Assembly: GCA_964220215.1 (NCBI GenBank)
Contig: CAXPTH010000014.1
Location: forward strand, 1 to 13,475
From: Alteromonas sp.
GTDB taxonomy: Bacteria > Margulisbacteria > Marinamargulisbacteria > UBA6595
DNA: 13,475 bases
Direction of reading: 5' to 3'
The position numbers were made by a program, and so were the translations under genes. This document shows positions 7,410 through 13,475 of this stretch, in pieces (the stretch's first letter is position 1; the number at the start of each line of letters is the position of its first letter). Below the pieces are notes generated by a model. That model searched no databases and was not told the origin of the DNA. It saw only the letters and a list, made by a program, of their open reading frames with translations.

Positions 7410-7892
7410 CTACAGCTGATCAAGCCCAAATGCATCGTGCAACAATTGAGCCGCTGTATCCGCTTGGCTCCGGTCAATCGCACACGATATTTTAATTTCG
7501 GATGTAGAAATCAAATGAATGTTGATCCCCGCTTTGCCCAATACATCAAACACGGTGGCTGCCACACCAGGCCGGCTAATCATACCCACGCCCACGGCTG
7601 AAACTTTCGCAATCTGAGTATGCTCAACAACGGAAACCCCTTCCAACGACTCTGAAATCGACACTGCAATGCGTTTGGCTGCCTGAGTGTCGGATTGCGC
7701 AACCGTAAACGTAATGGTATTCGTGCCTTTGTCTTGCGTACTTTGCACAATCATATCCACACTAATGCTCGCATCAGCCAACGCTCCAAACACCTGCGCC
7801 GCAACACCGGGCACATCCGGCAACCCCCGCAACGCAAACAATACCTCATCGTCATTCACAGTCACACCCGTGACTGGCTGCTGAACTTCCAT
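7410..7892 (-). CDS. Nested in-frame aspartokinase beta subunit (ACT domains only), 160 aa
   Basis: A perfect Shine-Dalgarno AAGGAGGT (7897-7904) precedes an in-frame ATG (KEVD-MEVQQPVTGV) at the kinase/ACT boundary. Confidence 0.8.
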   Translation of the reverse strand: MEVQQPVTGVTVNDDEVLFALRGLPDVPGVAAQVFGALADASISVDMIVQSTQDKGTNTITFTVAQSDTQAAKRIAVSISESLEGVSVVEHTQIAKVSAVGVGMISRPGVAATVFDVLGKAGINIHLISTSEIKISCAIDRSQADTAAQLLHDAFGLDQL

Positions 7893-8654
7893 ATCAACCT
7901 CCTTAACAATTGTTCCTGCTTCATCACTAAATGAAGACCGCACATGCAACATAATGCCATTCAACTTGGCACACTCCACCGCACGCGGATGCAACACGCG
8001 CGCGCCCAGGGAGGCCAACTCCAACATGTCATCATAACTAATCGTGGATAATTTGCTCACGCCTTGAATCGATCGCGGATCCGAGGTGTACACCCCATCC
8101 ACATCCGTATAAATATCACAGGTTTCAACATTCAAAGCCGCCGCCAACACCACCGCTGAGGTGTCCGATCCCCCACGCCCAATTGTGGTCACATCGTTGC
8201 GATTATTCACGCCCTGAAACCCGGTCACAATCACCACCGAATGGCTGGCCAATTCCTGATGAATCCGGGTTAAATCCACACCCAAAATTTTGGCGCGCGA
8301 ATAGATCATCTCCGTTTTTATGCCCGCTTGCCCCCCCGTCAACGAAACAGCCGAGCACCCGCGGGATTGCAACGCCATCGCCAATAACGAGGCCGACACA
8401 ATCTCACCCGTGGCCACCAATTGATCGTATTCCCGATCACTCGCCAATTGAAAATCCACGGGTAAATCCGGAGCCCGCATACACTGCGCCAATTCAACCA
8501 GTTGATCCGTTGTGGACCCCATGGCACTCACCACCACCACCAACCGATGCCCATCCGCCACACACCGAACCAATCGATCCGCAACCGCATGCAACCGCTC
8601 GGTGGATCCGACCGATGTTCCCCCATACTTATGTACTAAAATTGTCCGACTCAT
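7410..8654 (-). CDS. lysC: Aspartate kinase (alpha subunit, two ACT domains), 414 aa
   Basis: KYGGTSVG, VVVSAMG, TTIGRGGSDTSA, TDVDGVYTSDPR and STSEIKIS. The true start is ATG 8654 (MSRTILVHKYGG), not 8780. Confidence 0.95.
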   Translation of the reverse strand: MSRTILVHKYGGTSVGSTERLHAVADRLVRCVADGHRLVVVVSAMGSTTDQLVELAQCMRAPDLPVDFQLASDREYDQLVATGEIVSASLLAMALQSRGCSAVSLTGGQAGIKTEMIYSRAKILGVDLTRIHQELASHSVVIVTGFQGVNNRNDVTTIGRGGSDTSAVVLAAALNVETCDIYTDVDGVYTSDPRSIQGVSKLSTISYDDMLELASLGARVLHPRAVECAKLNGIMLHVRSSFSDEAGTIVKEVDMEVQQPVTGVTVNDDEVLFALRGLPDVPGVAAQVFGALADASISVDMIVQSTQDKGTNTITFTVAQSDTQAAKRIAVSISESLEGVSVVEHTQIAKVSAVGVGMISRPGVAATVFDVLGKAGINIHLISTSEIKISCAIDRSQADTAAQLLHDAFGLDQL

Positions 8655-8660
8655 GGCTCT

Positions 8661-8666
8661 ATTGTA
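8661..8666 (-). promoter_or_regulatory. -10 element TACAAT 6 nt upstream of the lysC ATG (leaderless-type promoter)
   Basis: Minus strand reads TACAAT-AGAGCC-ATG, with no Shine-Dalgarno. Confidence 0.5.
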
Positions 8667-8719
8667 CCCAAATAGATGACAAGCCGTACAGAGTTCGTTA
8701 TGATTACTGAATAAATAAA

Positions 8720-10438
8720 ATGAAAAAACAGACACACCCAGACACAAACAGCACCCCCGATCCATCCCGACCCTACTCATCCGCCCTCGTGGATGGGGAT
8801 GATCGCGCCCAATCCAGAGCCATGCTTCGCGCCGTTGGCTTTGACGATGCCGACTTTAAAAAACCCCAAATCGGCATCGCCTCCACCTGGAGCCAAGTCA
8901 CCCCCTGCAACAGCCACATTGATGAACTCGCCAAGCACTGCCAAGTGGGCGTCAATGCCGCCAACGGCAAAGGGGTTATTTTTAATACCATTACCATTTC
9001 AGACGGCATTTCAATGGGCAGCCAAGGCATGAAATATTCCCTGGTTTCTCGGGAAGTCATTGCGGACTCCATTGAAACCGTCGTCGGCTGCCAAGGCTTT
9101 GACGGCGTAGTGGCCATTGGCGGCTGCGACAAAAATATGCCCGCATGCATCATTGCACTAGCTCGACTCAATCGGCCCGCTGTCTTTGTATATGGCGGAA
9201 CCATCTTGCCCGGGTGCCACAACGGCAAAAACCTGGATGTTGTGTCTGTATTTGAAGCCGTAGGCGCCCATGCCGCTGGTAAAATTGACCGAGAAACCTT
9301 TGAAGCCATTGAAAAAAAAGCCATTCCAGGCCCCGGATCCTGTGGCGGTATGTACACCGCCAATACCATGGCCAGCGCCATCGAAGCGTTGGGCATGAGC
9401 CTGCCCAATAGCTCCGCTCAAACGGCTGTGTCTGAGGCTAAAAAGCGGGATTGTGAACAGGCCGGCGAAGCGGTGCTAGCGTTGGTCAAACACAACATCT
9501 GTCCCCGAGACATTATGACCCGGAAGGCTTTTGAAAACGCCATTACCGTGATTATTGCCCTCGGGGGATCCACCAATGCGGTGCTGCACATGCTAGCCAT
9601 GGCACACGCCACCGGGGTATCCTTGCATTTGGATGATTTTACCCGCATCGGCCAACGGGTACCCGTCTTGGCCGATTTAAAACCCAGCGGGGCATACAGC
9701 ATGGCAGAATTGGTCGCCATTGGGGGCATTCGTCCCATGATGAAACAGTTGCTAGACGCCGGACTCTTGCATGGGGATTGCTTAACCGTGACGGGAAAAA
9801 CATTGGCCGAAAACTTGGCGCATGTGGCCCCCTATCCCGAGGGGCAGACCATTATTCGATCGCTAGACAATCCCATTAAATCCAGCAGTCATTTGGTTAT
9901 TTGCTACGGCAATGTCGCCCCTGACGGCGCTGTGGCCAAATTATCCGGGAAAGAAGGGCTGTCGTTTACGGGCAACGCCCGTGTGTTTGACTCAGAAGAA
10001 GCGGCCATGGCGGCCATCTTGGATGACAGCCCCACCACCGGCATTCAGAAAGGGGAGGTGATTGTCATCCGATACGAAGGGCCCAAAGGCGGCCCCGGTA
10101 TGCGCGAAATGCTCTCCCCCACCGCCGCCATTATGGGCAAGGGGTTGGGGAATGATGTGGCCCTGATCACCGATGGCCGATTCTCCGGTGGCACCCACGG
10201 GTTTGTGGTTGGGCACATTACGCCCGAAGCCATGGTGGGTGGGCCCATTGCCCTCATTCACGACGGGGATTCTATTACAATTGATGCCCATGACCAAACG
10301 GTTATGGTGGATGTGGATGCCGACACCTTAGCCAACCGCCGCGCCCAGTGGGTACCCCCAGCACCCAATGCCACAACGGGCGTTCTGGCAAAATATGCCC
10401 GATTGGTGCAGTCCGCCAGCGAAGGCGCTATTACCTAA
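8720..10438 (+). CDS. ilvD: Dihydroxy-acid dehydratase
   Basis: [55 protein letters not shown] and TDGRFSGGT. Confidence 0.98.
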   Translation: MKKQTHPDTNSTPDPSRPYSSALVDGDDRAQSRAMLRAVGFDDADFKKPQIGIASTWSQVTPCNSHIDELAKHCQVGVNAANGKGVIFNTITISDGISMGSQGMKYSLVSREVIADSIETVVGCQGFDGVVAIGGCDKNMPACIIALARLNRPAVFVYGGTILPGCHNGKNLDVVSVFEAVGAHAAGKIDRETFEAIEKKAIPGPGSCGGMYTANTMASAIEALGMSLPNSSAQTAVSEAKKRDCEQAGEAVLALVKHNICPRDIMTRKAFENAITVIIALGGSTNAVLHMLAMAHATGVSLHLDDFTRIGQRVPVLADLKPSGAYSMAELVAIGGIRPMMKQLLDAGLLHGDCLTVTGKTLAENLAHVAPYPEGQTIIRSLDNPIKSSSHLVICYGNVAPDGAVAKLSGKEGLSFTGNARVFDSEEAAMAAILDDSPTTGIQKGEVIVIRYEGPKGGPGMREMLSPTAAIMGKGLGNDVALITDGRFSGGTHGFVVGHITPEAMVGGPIALIHDGDSITIDAHDQTVMVDVDADTLANRRAQWVPPAPNATTGVLAKYARLVQSASEGAIT

Positions 10439-10590
10439 ACACCCACCGAGAGGGTGAATGGAGGTGGGGGTGAATGTAATGTATTGAAAAAATTCGATGC
10501 ATTGTTTGCCCAGTCCTAGACGATAGCTATTATGAAAAAACAATTTTATTGTATTTACAGTTTAATTTTTTAAATACGGAGGGAAACACA

Positions 10591-11100
10591 ATGTCAGGAA
10601 ATATTCATGCTGATTTAATTAAAAACGCCACGGCCATGCAAAGCCAATTGTTGCAATTTTCACACGAATTGTCGAACTTGTCGCTGAAGTCTCTGGATGA
10701 TCAAATTAATTTTAAAATGACGGCATATTCAGAAGACACACTTATGTTCGAGTCACCACCGTCGTCTACAACAACTACTGTTAAATTTAAATTAGGTGAT
10801 ACTCAAACAACCGTAGATATCCTGAGAAGCGGAGTACCTGGAACGACAACAGGCTCCACCACCGAACCAAAAAAGACCGTTGCCAAAGCCATGGCGGTGG
10901 TGGCCATGAACCTCCGTGGGGTCGGCGTGGGGGAGGTAGACATACTAGAAATTTTTAAAAACGGCATCACCCCCACCTCGCTCGCTGCGGTGGAATCCCA
11001 GCTCAAAGGGCATCACGATGCAGTTCTGCAATTGTCTCTAGAATCACTCAGCCGCGTCACCCAAATTTTACAAAAAATCGCCCAAAAACTGGGCAGCTAA
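10591..11100 (+). CDS. Hypothetical protein, paralog 1 (169 aa): conserved helical termini, variable Thr/Ser-rich middle
   Basis: RBS GGAGGGAAACACA-ATG at 10578-10593 is identical to that of paralog 2, so the start is 10591 rather than 10549. Confidence 0.9.
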   Translation: MSGNIHADLIKNATAMQSQLLQFSHELSNLSLKSLDDQINFKMTAYSEDTLMFESPPSSTTTTVKFKLGDTQTTVDILRSGVPGTTTGSTTEPKKTVAKAMAVVAMNLRGVGVGEVDILEIFKNGITPTSLAAVESQLKGHHDAVLQLSLESLSRVTQILQKIAQKLGS

Positions 11101-11124
11101 ATAACTACCTAGGAGGGAAACACA

Positions 11125-11838
11125 ATGTCAAACATTCATGCCGATTTAATTAAAAATGCTACGGACATGCAAAGCCAATTGTTGCAATTTTCACACCAGC
11201 TGTCTAACTTATCACTGAAGTCTTTGGATGATCAGAATCAGTTTAAAATGGAGACAGCGCCGAATTTTATCACATCTGCCACAGTGGGGACGGCAAGTCC
11301 TGTAGATGAGGGTTCGACTATTCCAGCGGGTACTTATATTAGCTTAACAAATGGTGGTGCCACAACATACCATAGGCTAACGGCCGCTGCTGCTATTTCT
11401 GGAGCGAATGGGTCGTATGATCTTAGCGGAAAAATAGCTCCCGATCTGACTGGCACAGACTTAAATAGTATTGGGAATACCAATATCAAGATAAACACAT
11501 TCCCAATCACAAATGTTACATTCCGCCTTAATACTATTCAAATGACAGTTGGCATCCCGTCAACTGGAATCCCCGAAGAGGCTACCGGCACGAATTCCAC
11601 TCCCGCCCAAAAATCTGTTGCCCAAGCCATGGCGGTGGTGGCCATGAACCTCCGTGGGGTCGGCGTGGAGCCTGCAGATATAAAAGAAATTTTTAAAAAC
11701 GGTATTACACCCACCTCGCTGGCTGCGGTAGAATCCCAGCTCAAAGGGCACCACGATGCGGTTTTGCAATTGTCTCTAGAGTCACTCAGCCGCGTCACCC
11801 AAATTTTACAAAAAATCGCCCAAAAACTGGGCAGCTAA
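11125..11838 (+). CDS. Hypothetical protein, paralog 2 (237 aa), with a ~68-aa longer variable middle
   Basis: 36/40 N-terminal and 68/73 C-terminal residues are identical to paralog 1. Same RBS. Confidence 0.92.
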   Translation: MSNIHADLIKNATDMQSQLLQFSHQLSNLSLKSLDDQNQFKMETAPNFITSATVGTASPVDEGSTIPAGTYISLTNGGATTYHRLTAAAAISGANGSYDLSGKIAPDLTGTDLNSIGNTNIKINTFPITNVTFRLNTIQMTVGIPSTGIPEEATGTNSTPAQKSVAQAMAVVAMNLRGVGVEPADIKEIFKNGITPTSLAAVESQLKGHHDAVLQLSLESLSRVTQILQKIAQKLGS

Positions 11839-11846
11839 ACCACCAG

Positions 11847-11887
11847 CCCCCCGATGGGTTTAATCTACCCCATCGGGGGGTATTGTT
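11847..11887 (+). terminator. Strong hairpin after the paralog pair (terminator, attenuator or mRNA stabiliser)
   Basis: Perfect 12-bp stem CCCCCCGATGGG / CCCATCGGGGGG with a 10-nt loop, followed by TATTGTT (weak U-tract). Confidence 0.7.
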
Positions 11888-11904
11888 ATGGTTGAGGAGT
11901 TATA

Positions 11905-12816
11905 ATGACACAACCCATTGGCCTAAACAAACTACCCATAAACAACCACCCAGAGCCTCATCAAAAACAGGCAAAAGAACGCCCCCAAGCACCCATTGAA
12001 GATACCGTATCGCTCGGCTTTCAATGGGATGCCAATACCCTTGTTCCCAGTGCATCCACGCAAGAGGCCTTTTTCACTACGGTTGTCACCAACCCCCAAC
12101 CCATCCAACGACCCGCAATTCCCATTCACTTAACCAACCAAAAACTAAACCGACTGCTGGACGATTACCAAGCCATGGTCCAACAATCCCGGGCCCCCAA
12201 TGTGCTTCTAGCCACTTACGGATGGATCAAACTAAACGGCCTAACCTTAATTTTATTGGCATCCGGCATCCCCTTTGCCGAATTGGAATCCCGTCGCAAA
12301 CAAGCCATCCAAGACGCCGTCGAAGACAATAAACTGAAGTTTGCCGATAATGAATACAATCTGGAAATGATTCAATTAATCACACCCCAAAAAAATGCAA
12401 AAAAAACCATTGCATCATTAACCAAAATCCGAAACGAGTTGTGCGTGCATATGGCCAAACTCGGGAAAGACGACTGGTACACGCCCCAGCATATTAATCG
12501 CATCCAACACAACCAAGTGGATCGCATCAACACCTATTTTAATGATGAAGAATCCCAACTAAACGCACAAAAAAACCACTACTACAACACCCAGGCGCCC
12601 AGCACCGTCACCGTCCGAATATCCGATTATGATCTGGATTCATTAGACGATATCAATCAAAAACTCAATCGGCTGGCACTCTACAAACACGCCGTCAGCC
12701 AACGAAAAGCATACTTGGATCAACACTATGAAACCCTAATGGGATACGACAATCTGGATACAATGAATGCCCACACTGAAACATTGGGCCTATCTAAATC
12801 TGGGATTGTTCAATGA
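11905..12816 (+). CDS. Hypothetical protein (303 aa): low-complexity N-terminus, predicted helical/coiled-coil remainder
   Basis: RBS GAGGAG upstream of the ATG, long open frame, no recognised motif. Confidence 0.85.
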   Translation: MTQPIGLNKLPINNHPEPHQKQAKERPQAPIEDTVSLGFQWDANTLVPSASTQEAFFTTVVTNPQPIQRPAIPIHLTNQKLNRLLDDYQAMVQQSRAPNVLLATYGWIKLNGLTLILLASGIPFAELESRRKQAIQDAVEDNKLKFADNEYNLEMIQLITPQKNAKKTIASLTKIRNELCVHMAKLGKDDWYTPQHINRIQHNQVDRINTYFNDEESQLNAQKNHYYNTQAPSTVTVRISDYDLDSLDDINQKLNRLALYKHAVSQRKAYLDQHYETLMGYDNLDTMNAHTETLGLSKSGIVQ

Positions 12817-13475
12817 GTATTGATCGATTTAACCAAATTCTTAGCGACCACCAACGCAAAGACACCATTCTGACCAAACAGTATGATACCGAGCTGCTCC
12901 AACACCTCCAAGAAAAACTAGAAAACGAACAAAAGAAACAAACCATTAATGACCAGCGATTGGCTGAAGAGTCGCACCATATCAAAAAAATAGCCCAATA
13001 CTTAGCCACAGAAAACTCCATGTTGGATAAGTTTAAAGCCTTATTTCAACAAACCAAACACCACCACACTGACGCCCAAGCCAACGCCTTGCGTGCCGAA
13101 CTGCTCCAATCGTTAAACACCGCCTTGGCGGATGTGACAACCAGCCATGATTTGTTTTTAAAAAATATGCAGCCTGGACCCGCTCAAGAAACGGTCACCA
13201 TCACGCAACCCAAAATAACGCAACCATCAGAACTCAACCAACTGGTTCAAAAAATGATCCAAACCATGACCCAAAAACCGGCACCCACTCAGCAGCAGGC
13301 ACCCCCAGCTCCCAAACCGCAGGCGCCTCAACAGCAGGCACCCACTCAGCAGCAGGCGCCCACTCAGCAACAGGCACCCCCAGCGCCCAAAACCCAGGCA
13401 CCCACTCAGCAGCAGGCGCCCACTCAGCAACAGGCACCCCCAGCTCCCAAAACCCAGGCGCCCATTCAGCAGCAG
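12813..13475 (+). CDS. Hypothetical protein (partial, at least 221 aa): coiled-coil N-terminus followed by Pro/Gln/Ala/Thr repeats
   Basis: Not in the ORF track because it has no stop in the window. ATGA overlap with the upstream gene. Reads MSIDRFNQILSDHQRKD...QKPAPTQQQAPPAPKPQAPQQQAPTQQQ, open to the window end. Confidence 0.88.
   Translation, partial: MSIDRFNQILSDHQRKDTILTKQYDTELLQHLQEKLENEQKKQTINDQRLAEESHHIKKIAQYLATENSMLDKFKALFQQTKHHHTDAQANALRAELLQSLNTALADVTTSHDLFLKNMQPGPAQETVTITQPKITQPSELNQLVQKMIQTMTQKPAPTQQQAPPAPKPQAPQQQAPTQQQAPTQQQAPPAPKTQAPTQQQAPTQQQAPPAPKTQAPIQQQ
13281..13475 (+). repeat. Coding tandem repeat built from APTQQQ (18 nt) and APPAPKTQ (24 nt) blocks; 60-nt super-units at 13335-13394 and 13395-13454
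   Basis: Direct reading. The two 60-nt units differ at one synonymous position. Confidence 0.93.

Noticed and set aside
1465..10297. Many antisense or alternate-frame ORFs inside coaX, murG, the regulator, degP, lysC and ilvD
   Set aside because: They are shadow ORFs of well-supported genes, favoured by the skewed composition.
10440..10590. Sigma54 or sigma28 promoter for the paralog cluster
   Set aside because: There is no TGGCAC-N5-TTGC. GACGATAG (10519-10526) lacks a correctly spaced TAAA. Only a weak sigma70-like TTGCCC-N16-TATTAT (10506-10533) is visible, too weak to call.
10591..11838. Calling the paralogs flagellin (fliC) or type IV pilin
   Set aside because: They lack the flagellin terminal signature motifs and have no class III prepilin cleavage site or hydrophobic N-terminal helix. 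Only the architecture is similar.
12794..13437. Minus-strand ORFs 12794-13021, 13227-13430 and 13234-13437
   Set aside because: They are antisense shadows of the + strand ORF starting at 12813.
13281..13475. Shared CACTCAGC between the coding repeat and repeat A
   Set aside because: The 8-nt match is explained by Pro-Thr-Gln-Gln codons; the hairpin and CTTCGATACA are absent.

Overview
Bacterial chromosomal window with a strongly C-rich + strand in its core genes. At the left edge is an AT-rich accessory segment: the start of a probable IS5/IS1182-type transposase, whose terminal repeat appears to cut off the 5' part of a SIR2-like gene. This segment abuts the 3' end of tmRNA (ssrA, 833-1216, minus strand). 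Housekeeping genes follow: coaX, murG, a sigma54 activator with an RsbR-like N-terminal domain, and a DegP/HtrA protease. A ~1 kb element (5876-6835) holds a small GIY-YIG nuclease embedded in two kinds of mutually inverted hairpin repeats that show stem covariation. Next come a degenerate PlsY-like membrane protein, an aspartokinase with a nested beta-subunit start, and ilvD. The right end is an uncharacterised cluster: two tandem paralogs with near-identical termini and variable middles (filament-subunit-like), a strong hairpin, a helical 303-aa protein, and a protein with Pro/Gln repeats running off the window. The best novelty candidates are the GIY-YIG repeat element and the putative filament cluster. 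All family assignments come from motif recognition by eye, not database searches.
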